Shown piece after piece: positions 17,468 to 27,277 of a stretch of DNA of 64,000 bases. The stretch is from Chitinophagales bacterium (GTDB taxonomy: Bacteria > Bacteroidota > Bacteroidia > Chitinophagales > LD1), in NCBI GenBank assembly GCA_016787045.1, contig JAEUVA010000011.1, positions 143,028 through 207,027 on the forward strand. The letters run 5' to 3'. Every line of letters starts with the position of its first letter. Position 1 is the first letter of the stretch. The notes under the pieces were generated by a model, which saw only the letters and a program-made list of their open reading frames with translations, did no database searches and was not told the origin of the DNA. Position numbers and translations under genes: made by a program.

Positions 17468-20400
17468 TTGCCTAACTTGGGAAGCTTGGTCAATTTCGGG
17501 GTACTGTCCGGGGGCACCATAACCGCTACAGATACAATTCAAGCGCATGGTTATGTTGGCGGTGTATCACTTGTAGATACCAAGATACATGCAACTAATA
17601 TTTACCAAGGTGGAGCTTTAGTAAGCACCGCTTTGGCTGATCTGAATACTGCAAAGAGTAATATGCTGGCAATGGGGGGAAACAACATAAACGGGCTGCT
17701 AAACGGGCAGGTGATTACCGAAGGAACATATTCCGTTACCGGTAATGCAAATTTGAATGATACCTTGTTTTTAGTTGGCAATCAAAGTTCGGTCATAGTA
17801 TTCAATATTAGTGGTAACCTTACTGTGGGGGTCAATGCCAGAGTAGTGTGGCAAAGCGGCAGTATGGTAAATCCTGAGCAGATATATTGGAATGTGCAGG
17901 GTACTACTGCCATAAATTCATCCTGTTGGTTTAATGGCGTGGTGCTTGGCACACAAAACATAACCGTCAATGGCATATTCTACGGTAATGTAACTTTATT
18001 TTCATTACAGAATGTAACCTTTGATGGCCAACAATTTTTATATCACAATAGCCCTTATGTAATGGGTTTTGGCGTTACATCCGTATATAACATGTTGGGT
18101 AGCCGAAGCGCACCCTGCGAAGATAACTCTCCACTAATTTGTGGTGAAATTGTTAAGAGTGGTGGCTTTGAGGTATACGATGTGAATGTAGGTTGTCCGA
18201 AAGATATTGTCCTATCGGGTCAGTATTTCCCGGGCTGTAGTTGGGAAACAACTCCGTTTCCACAAGCGGTTCCAACCCCCGATTTGTTTAATACCTGTTC
18301 TGTTGGTACCGATGTGGCAGTGCCGTTAAACGGCTACGGTACACAGCAACCACAATCAGGTAGTGGTTATGCCGGCATTTTTTCTGGAGATAATGCGCCC
18401 GGTTCTTTTTACACAGAAGGTTTGACCCAGCCCTTAGCAAACTTGGTGGTGGGTAGGGTATATTATACTGAGGTGTTTGTTTGCTTAGCCGAGGCCTCAA
18501 CATTGGCCAGCAGAATGGGATTTATGCTTACAGACGGAAGTGCTCAAAGTTATTTTACTTACCTTCATCCCACGCCTATTACAAGTAAAGCTGCATGGAT
18601 TCCAATGCGTGCATGTTTTACGGCTACACCGGATCACAAAGAGATATGGATAACCAGAAATATTAACGGCAACACACCACCTGTGCCTGTGGCGTCTGGC
18701 CCGGGGCCTTATACATACAGTAATTTTTTCAATTTTAACTTTGCCTATTACTATGTTGATGGCGTTTCTGTAAAACCTTTGGCAGATGCCGGGTTGGGCA
18801 AAACTGTTTGCTCGTTGAATACAACTCTCGGTAACGGGTGTGACCCTCTTACAGGAGTTACTTATAGTTGGTCTAAGTCCTCCGGTCCGGGCACAGTTGG
18901 TTTTGCGCCATCAAATGCGATGAACACCACTGCTACATTTTCAACTGCCGGAACGTATGTGTTAACATTAACTGCATCATTTGGCGGATGCACCGCCACC
19001 CATGACGTAACGGTTACCGTTTCTTTGCCTCCCAATGCCGCCATAAGCCCATCAAATGCAACTATCTGTTCGGGCCAACAAGTTACACTCACGGCCATTG
19101 GTGGTACTACTTACAGCTGGAACAATGGGCTGGGATCCGGGGCAACAAAAACAGTATCTCCTTTATCAACCACTAACTACACTGTAACTGTAACCAATGC
19201 CGCCAACTGCTCCGCTACGGCAACGGCATCTGTTACTGTGAATAATGCTCCTTTTACCATCACAAAAACGGTCAGTAACGCTACGCCTATTACACAAAGC
19301 AATTTTACCTATACCATCACCCTTACTAATATCACCTCCAGCAGCATAGTTGTTTCATTAACAGATAATGTTCCAGCCAGTTTGCAAATCATATCTGCCC
19401 CCGGCCTGAACATAACAGGACAACAGTTAGCTAACGCAAATATTACAATAGCACCAAACGCCTCTGTTAATTTTGTGGTTACAGTAAAAAGTACTCTCAC
19501 ATTTGGCGGCAGTACACAGTGTAACTATAGCTCGCAAAGCGTAATAAATACAGCCACAGCATCACTTGTTGGCGGTAGTTGTTCTTTTTCGCTTTATTCA
19601 AGTGCCACAGTTACCGTGCTGAGTCACCGAGTAGTTGGAAGTGCAGTTAATATACCTACTGTTTCACAAGCCATTGCCCAAGGCATGCTGCTTCCAATGG
19701 GGGGGCCTACTAACTCCACCAACACAAGCCAAACCTTTACCATAGACGGCAACTTTATTGTGGATATGAATTATGATTTTGGTAACAGCGCTCAGTTTAT
19801 CAATTCATATGCAAATTGCCGCCCCGGAGCACAAGTTACTGTAAATAGTAACTGCAAGTTATCAGGTTATAACCTACGTTTTCAACCTTGTACTCAACTT
19901 TGGAAAGGGATAGTGGTTACTGGTAGCTCGTGGTTTACGTCTGCGGGCGAATTGTTATTAAGGAATTCTACCGTCAACGGTGCTCAATACGGAGTGACGC
20001 TTTATGATGGATCTAAAATTGCGGTTTCAAATACAGAGTTTCGTGAATGCTTTGTTGGCGTTTATTTTCCTGATGTTTATTTACTAACTCCATCCGTAGT
20101 TTTTACCTCCCCTTTTGCCGGCAATATCTTTAACAGCTTCGGAAATATGCCAGCGGCATATTCAGGTATGGTGAATGCCACCAATCAACCCACCGTAGCT
20201 CAAATACCTACCACCAATCGCAGGACATGGGCAGGTATTCATGTGGGGAGATTATCCAACTTCACTTGTTCTGGCAATACGTCTGCTACTACCTTTAGTG
20301 GATTAGCCAACGGTATAGTAGCTAATGAATGTGCTCTTAATGTTACCGGCTCATTTTTTAATGATATTCTGCCGTATGGCTATAACTTCAATGGTTTACA

Positions 20401-21625
20401 AGGTAACGGCATACATTCCAAAGCCGCATTGGTGCAGCAGATCGGAGGAAATCCCTATGCCTCTGTCAGTTTATACCAAAGAGGAAATGGTTTTAATACC
20501 AATCCTTTTACTTGCTACAGTAGTTTTGGAAATTGCACTAATGGTATTGTTGCTGTTGGGGTAAACGTAGATATTGCACAAAACTGTTTTAGCTATACCA
20601 ACGCGATTTCAGTAACCGGTGTAAAGCGAGGCAATATTCGCATTAACAACAATAACTTTCACACAACCAATAAAGCCATTCTGTTGTCTAACAACGACCC
20701 GGTTAACATTATGGATGTAGGCCCAAGTACGGTAGTACAGAATGGGGGCGTATCGGCTATAGACATACAAGAACAAAACAATGCTCCATTGACCAGCGCA
20801 GAAATTCACCACAATCGCATTCAGATGAATACCAACTTGTTTACCGGCCTTGCGCTGAACAGTTGCAGTGGGGTAAACAGTACTAACTACAACTATAAAG
20901 TTTACAACAACACGGTTATACTCAATACGCCAACCAGCAATTTGATGGGAGTTAGTTATCAAAACTGTCAGTTTGTAGAATCGTCACAAAACTTGGTGGC
21001 TGGCACTTCTGCCTCTACCCAAAGTTTTGTGGCCGGATACCCCACAGCTATTAACTACAGCACCTCTAGTATGCGGCTAAAGTGCGACTCCGTAGCCAAT
21101 GTGTACAACGGAAAAAAAATTTACGGTACCTGCAATAATACCACTATCCGGGGCTGTGTAATGAACAACCATACCTACGGCTTTTACCAAACTAATGGCG
21201 GCACCATACCCCCACAGGGCAGCAGTACCGAGAGTTATGGAAACCGCTGGCGGGGTAGCTACATTACCAATTCTGCAAAAAATGAAAATGCAGCCCTCAC
21301 TCTGATTTATGTAAAGGGTACATCTCTGCCATACTGGCCACATGCGTCAGGTATAACTACGCCTAATACGGGGTGGTTTACCTCATCCGTAGGAAATCCT
21401 TTTTTGTGCACTGGTATTTTTGGAGCAGGTTTTAAAAATGAAGAAGATGATGCCATACTCAATTCGTTAGACGAACAAATACTTGATGATAGTTTACGCT
21501 TTGAAGAGTTTAATGAACAACTTAAATGGCAAAACGAAATGGCTCTGTATGAAAAGTTGAAGGATAATCCGGAAGTGTTAGAGCAGAAAGCTACAGCAGA
21601 AGTGTTTTTGAGCAAAAACAGGTAG
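17468..21625 (+). CDS. Giant surface protein (ice-binding-like DUF3494 N-domain, Ig/PKD-like and DUF11-like repeats, parallel beta-helix), frameshifted at both ends
   Basis: The N-terminus LGSLVNFGVLSGGTITATD..ALADLNTAKSNM resembles the DUF3494 family. Other units are PKD-like SKSSGPGTVGFAP..TAGTYVLTLTA, DUF11-like FTITKTVSNATPITQSNFTYTITLTN, and beta-helix-like repeats. As written it starts at a TTG with no signal peptide. Confidence 0.7.
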   Translation: MPNLGSLVNFGVLSGGTITATDTIQAHGYVGGVSLVDTKIHATNIYQGGALVSTALADLNTAKSNMLAMGGNNINGLLNGQVITEGTYSVTGNANLNDTLFLVGNQSSVIVFNISGNLTVGVNARVVWQSGSMVNPEQIYWNVQGTTAINSSCWFNGVVLGTQNITVNGIFYGNVTLFSLQNVTFDGQQFLYHNSPYVMGFGVTSVYNMLGSRSAPCEDNSPLICGEIVKSGGFEVYDVNVGCPKDIVLSGQYFPGCSWETTPFPQAVPTPDLFNTCSVGTDVAVPLNGYGTQQPQSGSGYAGIFSGDNAPGSFYTEGLTQPLANLVVGRVYYTEVFVCLAEASTLASRMGFMLTDGSAQSYFTYLHPTPITSKAAWIPMRACFTATPDHKEIWITRNINGNTPPVPVASGPGPYTYSNFFNFNFAYYYVDGVSVKPLADAGLGKTVCSLNTTLGNGCDPLTGVTYSWSKSSGPGTVGFAPSNAMNTTATFSTAGTYVLTLTASFGGCTATHDVTVTVSLPPNAAISPSNATICSGQQVTLTAIGGTTYSWNNGLGSGATKTVSPLSTTNYTVTVTNAANCSATATASVTVNNAPFTITKTVSNATPITQSNFTYTITLTNITSSSIVVSLTDNVPASLQIISAPGLNITGQQLANANITIAPNASVNFVVTVKSTLTFGGSTQCNYSSQSVINTATASLVGGSCSFSLYSSATVTVLSHRVVGSAVNIPTVSQAIAQGMLLPMGGPTNSTNTSQTFTIDGNFIVDMNYDFGNSAQFINSYANCRPGAQVTVNSNCKLSGYNLRFQPCTQLWKGIVVTGSSWFTSAGELLLRNSTVNGAQYGVTLYDGSKIAVSNTEFRECFVGVYFPDVYLLTPSVVFTSPFAGNIFNSFGNMPAAYSGMVNATNQPTVAQIPTTNRRTWAGIHVGRLSNFTCSGNTSATTFSGLANGIVANECALNVTGSFFNDILPYGYNFNGLQGNGIHSKAALVQQIGGNPYASVSLYQRGNGFNTNPFTCYSSFGNCTNGIVAVGVNVDIAQNCFSYTNAISVTGVKRGNIRINNNNFHTTNKAILLSNNDPVNIMDVGPSTVVQNGGVSAIDIQEQNNAPLTSAEIHHNRIQMNTNLFTGLALNSCSGVNSTNYNYKVYNNTVILNTPTSNLMGVSYQNCQFVESSQNLVAGTSASTQSFVAGYPTAINYSTSSMRLKCDSVANVYNGKKIYGTCNNTTIRGCVMNNHTYGFYQTNGGTIPPQGSSTESYGNRWRGSYITNSAKNENAALTLIYVKGTSLPYWPHASGITTPNTGWFTSSVGNPFLCTGIFGAGFKNEEDDAILNSLDEQILDDSLRFEEFNEQLKWQNEMALYEKLKDNPEVLEQKATAEVFLSKNR

Positions 21626-21639
21626 AAGCTATAGGCGAA

Positions 21640-21825
21640 TTGAGCGCAGCCAATGAAGCCAAACTATACGACAACCTCGGTCGGGTAATATCAGAACAAC
21701 TATTTATGCTCAGCAATAATCGTTATCGTTTAGGAACCGAAAAATTAAGTCAGGGATTATATTTTATACGTGTCAGTAAAAATTCAGAGTTTATATTCTC
21801 TGATAAGTTCACAATACATCGGTAA
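21640..21825 (+). CDS. Detached T9SS C-terminal sorting-domain fragment
   Basis: KLYDNLGRVISEQ..LSQGLYFIRV..DKFTIHR matches the distal two-thirds of the sorting domains seen in three other proteins in this window. This frame is open from 21568. Confidence 0.5.
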   Translation: MSAANEAKLYDNLGRVISEQLFMLSNNRYRLGTEKLSQGLYFIRVSKNSEFIFSDKFTIHR

Positions 21826-23369
21826 TGAAAACCTACATTAAACTACTAAAGCGCAGTTGCGCTTTAGTAGGCCCTATCTTCTTTTTTTTAACAACCACAA
21901 TTGCTCAGAAACAAGATTACGTTTGGCTATCGGGTTATAACTCTGCATATGTTGAGGACACCGGGTTGAACGCAAAATTTGGTGTCAATAAAATAGATTT
22001 TAACACAGAACCAGCCATTATTACCCGAGACAGCTTAGGCATGGGATTTAGATTTACGAATGTCAGTTATTCTAACGCTAACGGCAATTTATTATTCTAT
22101 TCCAATGGCATATATATAGCTAATTCGTTAGATGAAAGAATTGAAAACAGCGATAGTATGAATGCGGGTTTTTGGCAATATGAATGGGACTTGAGTGCAC
22201 AGGATATCGGGTACATAACATATAACGGAATTTTGGCTTTAGAAGATCCATCTTCTCCCGGAAGCTTTTATCTGATTCATAGTTTTATTGATACGGTAGA
22301 TGCTAACCTCAACTTTGGCTGCACGCGCATTTACTCCACTTACCTTGATATGAACGCCAACGCAGGGCGTGGTAAAGTGTTAGCTAAAGACCAAACAATT
22401 TTAAGCGGACGCTTTGGTTATGAATTAAAGGCAACCCGTCATGCCAACGGCAGAGATTGGTGGCTATTGGTGCAAAAGCGAAGCACTAATTGTTATGAAC
22501 GGATTCTTATAGATGATAAAGGCATTCATACCCTTGGCACCACCTGTGGTGGACAGTCCGTAAATGGTGCATCCGGGTCTGCATGTTTCTCACAGGATGG
22601 CAGCAAATATGTTTATGTGGGGATGTATGGAGGCATCAACTTGTTTGACTTTGACCGCTGTACGGGTGAGCTAAGTAATCCACAATACTTCCCGCTCACT
22701 ATCTTTCAGGATTTAGGGGCTATCGGTATTGGTTCTGCTTTTTCTCCCAAGGGCAGATTTCTCTACGTAAATGCCACTATTCACTGTTACCAGTTCGATT
22801 TATGGGCTGCCGATGTTTGGACTTCCATAGATACAGTAGCAGTGTACGATGGCTTTGCCGCCCCTTTTGGCAGTGCTTTTCACACCATGCAAATTGCGCC
22901 TGATGGTAAAATTTACTCAAGCTGTGGCAATACAGAATGGGTTTACCATGTGATCGATAGCCCCGACCGAAAAGGCGACTCCTGTCTGTTCAAACAGCAT
23001 GGAGTTGAGTTGCCTTCATATTCTGGAGGAGTGCCTAACTTTGTCAACTACCGGCTCGGTGCTTTGGCGGGTAGTCCTTGTGATACAATTGCAAGCCGAC
23101 CCGGTAGTGGGCAAGAAAAAGACATCCGTGTGTACCCTAATCCAGCCACCGATTTTGTAACTGTAGATTACGGCTTCACCAACTGGAGTAAAGGCGAGAT
23201 TTTTTTAGAGATAACCAATGGGCTTGGGCAAATAGTTTACCGCCAGAAGCCACCCATGTACAGCGGGCTTCAAAAGATAGAGGTTTCTCGGTTAGCAGCC
23301 GGAGTTTACCAGATTACTCTGCAGCGTAACGGTTTGGTGACGGCCAAAGAGCAGTTTAGTAAGTTGTAG
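21825..23369 (+). CDS. T9SS cargo protein, beta-propeller-like, function unknown
   Basis: There is a signal peptide. The C-terminal sorting domain reads IRVYPNPATDFVTVDY..LAAGVYQITLQRNG. Confidence 0.7.
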   Translation: MKTYIKLLKRSCALVGPIFFFLTTTIAQKQDYVWLSGYNSAYVEDTGLNAKFGVNKIDFNTEPAIITRDSLGMGFRFTNVSYSNANGNLLFYSNGIYIANSLDERIENSDSMNAGFWQYEWDLSAQDIGYITYNGILALEDPSSPGSFYLIHSFIDTVDANLNFGCTRIYSTYLDMNANAGRGKVLAKDQTILSGRFGYELKATRHANGRDWWLLVQKRSTNCYERILIDDKGIHTLGTTCGGQSVNGASGSACFSQDGSKYVYVGMYGGINLFDFDRCTGELSNPQYFPLTIFQDLGAIGIGSAFSPKGRFLYVNATIHCYQFDLWAADVWTSIDTVAVYDGFAAPFGSAFHTMQIAPDGKIYSSCGNTEWVYHVIDSPDRKGDSCLFKQHGVELPSYSGGVPNFVNYRLGALAGSPCDTIASRPGSGQEKDIRVYPNPATDFVTVDYGFTNWSKGEIFLEITNGLGQIVYRQKPPMYSGLQKIEVSRLAAGVYQITLQRNGLVTAKEQFSKL

Positions 23370-25125
23370 GTGTACTTCGTAAATCCTTCACCATCCACTC
23401 CAAACTTACCTTTCCGTTCCATTCGTTTTGTTCTATGTGGTAAGACACATCAACGGAGCCCTGCTTTAATAGCTGGTATTTATCGGCCATGCCGAAACCA
23501 ATGCCCGAGTATATTACGGTTGAGTTTTGGCGCAGTGAAAATTTGATGTGGGCTTCTTTCACCACTTTGCTCCATCCGGTATCTTGCAGGTTTTTAGTAA
23601 CGAATGTGGGCTTCATATTGCCCGGCCCAAAGGGCGCCATATCGCACAGTATTTTGTAAAATGAAGGGGTGATGATTTCCGGCTCTATTACAGCATCTAT
23701 TTCTAACTCGGGCACCAGGTGCTCTGGGGTAATGCGCTCGCTCACCACTCGCTCAAACGCTGTAGAAAAATTGCTAATCTTTTCTTTTTGCATAGTTAGC
23801 CCGGCAGCAAACTGATGGCCGCCAAACTGTATGAGGTGTTCGCGGCACGCATAAATGGCCTCGTACAGGTCAAAGTTTTTGACCGAGCGAGCCGAGCCGG
23901 TGAGTATGCCTTCTGCACTTTCGGTAAGTACAATAGTGGGGCGGTAGTAACTTTCGGTGAGCCGCGAGGCCACTATGCCCAGTACGCCTTTATGCCAATC
24001 GGGTTGAAAAACTACGGTGGTGTTTTGTTTCATCAATTGCTCATCGCGCTCAATCATGGCAAGTGCCTGTGCAGTAATATCGCGGTCTAAATCTTTGCGC
24101 TCGCCATTGAGTTTGTTGAGCTGAAAGGCCTGCTCTAATATATCGGCATCGTCTTCTTCGCCAATCAACAATTTTACGGCATGGCGGGCATCGTCCATAC
24201 GGCCAGCCGCATTGATGCGGGGTGCCAGCACAAACACCACGTTGGTAATATCTAATTTTTTACGCAACTGAAACTGGGGCGTTTCGTTTCGCTCTAACTC
24301 TTCGGCTGTAGCCGGAATGGTTAAGCCGGAAACTTCCAATAGTTTTTTAAGCCCCTGTGAGGGGTTGGTGTTTATTTTATCTAACCCATGCTTGGCCAGT
24401 ATGCGATTTTCTCCGGTAATAGGCACTATATCGGCACCAATGCTCAGGCAGAGTAAATCCAAATACTTGTAACATTTTTCTAATGGCCAATGTTGCTTTT
24501 GGCAAAAGGCCTGTATCAGTTTAAAGCCAATGCCACAGCCGCTGAGTTCTTTGTACGGATAGGGGCAATCGGTACGCTTGGGGTCTAAAACCGCCACTGC
24601 GTCTGGTAGAGTAGCATCGGGCAGGTGATGGTCGCCTATAATAAAATCTATCTGTTTTGAGTTGGCATAATCAACCTTATCGTGTGCTTTTATGCCACAA
24701 TCTAAAGCAATAATGAGCGATACGCCATTCGCTGCGGCATAGTCTATACTTTTAAAAGATATGCCATACCCCTCAGCATAGCGATGGGGTATATAGTACT
24801 CTACATTGGGATAAAACTCTTTGAAGAATGAATACACCGTGGCTACTGCCGTAGTGCCGTCCACATCGTAATCGCCATAGATTAAAACTTTTTCCCCCTT
24901 GCTTATCGCTTGCTCAATTCGTGTAATGGCCTTATCCATGTCTTTCATCAAAAACGGATCGTGCAGTGCATTTAATTCGGGTCTGAAAAATGCTTTGGCT
25001 TGTTCGTAGGTTTCTATGCCTCGTTGTACAAGCAGTTGACACAACACCGGATGAATGCGCAACTGTTGTTGCAGGGCATCTACTTTGTTTTTATCAAGCG
25101 GTATTTCGCGCCAGCGCAATTGCAT
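23356..25125 (-). CDS. recJ: Single-stranded-DNA-specific exonuclease RecJ
   Basis: DHH motifs are IYGDYDVDGTT, IALDCG and IIGDHHLP. DHHA1-type GGHQFAAG is present. Confidence 0.9.
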   Translation of the reverse strand: MQLRWREIPLDKNKVDALQQQLRIHPVLCQLLVQRGIETYEQAKAFFRPELNALHDPFLMKDMDKAITRIEQAISKGEKVLIYGDYDVDGTTAVATVYSFFKEFYPNVEYYIPHRYAEGYGISFKSIDYAAANGVSLIIALDCGIKAHDKVDYANSKQIDFIIGDHHLPDATLPDAVAVLDPKRTDCPYPYKELSGCGIGFKLIQAFCQKQHWPLEKCYKYLDLLCLSIGADIVPITGENRILAKHGLDKINTNPSQGLKKLLEVSGLTIPATAEELERNETPQFQLRKKLDITNVVFVLAPRINAAGRMDDARHAVKLLIGEEDDADILEQAFQLNKLNGERKDLDRDITAQALAMIERDEQLMKQNTTVVFQPDWHKGVLGIVASRLTESYYRPTIVLTESAEGILTGSARSVKNFDLYEAIYACREHLIQFGGHQFAAGLTMQKEKISNFSTAFERVVSERITPEHLVPELEIDAVIEPEIITPSFYKILCDMAPFGPGNMKPTFVTKNLQDTGWSKVVKEAHIKFSLRQNSTVIYSGIGFGMADKYQLLKQGSVDVSYHIEQNEWNGKVSLEWMVKDLRSTPTTY

Positions 25126-25134
25126 GCGGCAATG

Positions 25135-27228
25135 TTAGCGAACCACCGCAAATTTTTTGGTGGTGCCGGCTATTTGCAGGTAGTAAACTCCTTGCGGGAG
25201 GTTGGTAGTTTGAAGTTTGTGGTTTGTGGTTTGTGGTGCTACGCTCTCTATTAACTGGCCGTGTGCAGAGTAAATATGTAGCTGTATTTTTCCATCAAAA
25301 GCACTACTGTAAATGTTTAGTTCATCTTTTGTTGGGTTGGGATAAATACTAAACGCAATAGCCGGAGCAATGGAGGTTACATTATTAACTATCACGCTTT
25401 GACTTACAATGCAGCCCAAACTACTTTTTACATATATGGTGTAGGTGCCATCTGTAGGTACTGAGAAAATTGGAACAGATTGGTAGTTGATGCCATCTAA
25501 CGAATACTGGAGCGTATCGTTGCCGGCAGCGGCCACTACGGTAATGCTCCCCGGATTTCCGCCAAAGGAGCCAACGGTATTTACCGAACTAATGATAATA
25601 GAATCCGGGTAGTGTAGCTCAGTAGTAGCGTATCTGCGGCAGTTGTTGCTATCGCGCACCATTACCCAATAGTAACCGGGTGCTTGGCTCACTAACTCTA
25701 TGGCTTGTGTGCCGGTGTTCCACATAAAGGTATAATCATTTGGCGAGCCGGTGCTGGGCACTGCTGCCACGGCTCCGGTATTGGCACCGTAACAAACAAT
25801 GGGCGATTGGTCTATGCTTACGCTAAAGTGGCAGGAGTCGCAGTTGTACCTGCGCAGGTTTTCAATGGCGCGGTACAGGTTTAGCTTGCCATTGGTACGG
25901 GTAATGTTGTTGAAGGTAGAAACCCACTCTGCGGCTTCTAAAATATACTGGCGTATAAGTAACGCTGCCGAATCGGGTTTTTCGTACACATAGTCTATCA
26001 AACTTTTGCAGGCGGCTGCATACATAGCCCCAACAGCACCCGCTACATGTGGGGTGGCCATGGAGGTGCCGTTCATGTTTTGATAAAGTATGGGCGATGG
26101 TACCGTAGAATAGATGCCTGTGCCCGGAGCACCTAAGTCCACGCCAATTTTGCCATAACCCGAGCCGGTGTTGCGAAAATCTGTGCGGGTAATATTGGTT
26201 ACCCCTATCAGCCAGTTGCTGGGGCATTCGGTGGGGATGTCGTGCGCTACATCTATGTTGAGGTTTTTGTTGGGTGCGGCACCCGCGCTGATGATGCCCA
26301 CCGCCCCCATACTATCGTACATAGCGCACCAAATGGGGTAATCGGCAGGGTTGCCTTCGTCTATACCAAACGATGAATTGGTAGATACCACAAACGCACC
26401 TTGTGTGCCGAAGGATGTGTTGTATAACCTGCGCATTTCGCGGGCGTACTCGTAAGCCGCCACTACTTTGGCTTCATCTGTACTGCCGTAATTGATGCCC
26501 ATAATTTTGGCTCCCCAGCACACGCCTGCTACCCCCTTGCCATTATTGCCAATGGCAGCCGCAATACCGGCACAATGGGTAGAGTGGTACGCCCCAAAAC
26601 TTTGCGAATTGATGTTGCCGCTGTTGCTGGGCACATCCCATCCGCTAATGTCATCTATATATCCGTTGCCATCGTCATCTATGCCGTTGCCGGGCACTTC
26701 TCCGCGGTTTACAAAGTAGTTAATGTCTTCATGCGTTAAATCAAACTTGCCATCTACAATGGCAATGACTATGGTATCGCCATTTACGGTAACGTTGTCG
26801 TGATTAATGCTCCATGCATCGGTAGCATCAATATCGGCACCGGGCAAGCCGCCTTGCTGGCCGGTGTTGTACATGCCCCATTGCTCGTTAAACTTAGTAT
26901 CGTTGGGTATTAACTGCCGCTCTTGCACGCGGTGGTTAAATTGTGCCAGTTTGATGTGCGCGTTGCGTTTAAGCGCATACAAATACTCTTCGGCTTGTTG
27001 TGTGGTGTTGCGCTCTAAGAGCCAAATATTCATGCGCTTAGACAGGGGCTGAATGGTCGTTACCTCTTTTTCAAAAAATGGTTTCACCTCTGCTATATCA
27101 TGCCCGGGTTGGAGCATAACGATGTATTGGTTCAAAATGCGCTTATCGTCTGTTTCCCATTGGGCGAATGCCTTTTGAATAAATAAGAGGATGGTTATTA
27201 AAATGAAAATAAATCTTTGAGTGGACAT
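25135..27228 (-). CDS. S8 (subtilisin-family) serine peptidase with T9SS sorting domain
   Basis: The catalytic triad sits in VIAIVDG (Asp), HSTHCAGIAAA (His) and NGTSMATPHVAG (Ser). The sorting domain reads IYPNPTKDELNIY..LPQGVYYLQI. Confidence 0.85.
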   Translation of the reverse strand: MSTQRFIFILITILLFIQKAFAQWETDDKRILNQYIVMLQPGHDIAEVKPFFEKEVTTIQPLSKRMNIWLLERNTTQQAEEYLYALKRNAHIKLAQFNHRVQERQLIPNDTKFNEQWGMYNTGQQGGLPGADIDATDAWSINHDNVTVNGDTIVIAIVDGKFDLTHEDINYFVNRGEVPGNGIDDDGNGYIDDISGWDVPSNSGNINSQSFGAYHSTHCAGIAAAIGNNGKGVAGVCWGAKIMGINYGSTDEAKVVAAYEYAREMRRLYNTSFGTQGAFVVSTNSSFGIDEGNPADYPIWCAMYDSMGAVGIISAGAAPNKNLNIDVAHDIPTECPSNWLIGVTNITRTDFRNTGSGYGKIGVDLGAPGTGIYSTVPSPILYQNMNGTSMATPHVAGAVGAMYAAACKSLIDYVYEKPDSAALLIRQYILEAAEWVSTFNNITRTNGKLNLYRAIENLRRYNCDSCHFSVSIDQSPIVCYGANTGAVAAVPSTGSPNDYTFMWNTGTQAIELVSQAPGYYWVMVRDSNNCRRYATTELHYPDSIIISSVNTVGSFGGNPGSITVVAAAGNDTLQYSLDGINYQSVPIFSVPTDGTYTIYVKSSLGCIVSQSVIVNNVTSIAPAIAFSIYPNPTKDELNIYSSAFDGKIQLHIYSAHGQLIESVAPQTTNHKLQTTNLPQGVYYLQIAGTTKKFAVVR

Positions 27229-27277
27229 AGAATGATTGGCTGTTATGGCTGTATGATGATGATTGGATGTAGATGAG

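Noticed and set aside
17468-17470. TTG 17468 as the genuine start of the giant surface protein
   Set aside because: The frame is open for 72 nt upstream and encodes a signal-peptide core and cleavage site. An extracellular adhesin-like protein without a signal peptide makes little sense, so the ATG at 17362 with a frameshift at G9 is the better model.
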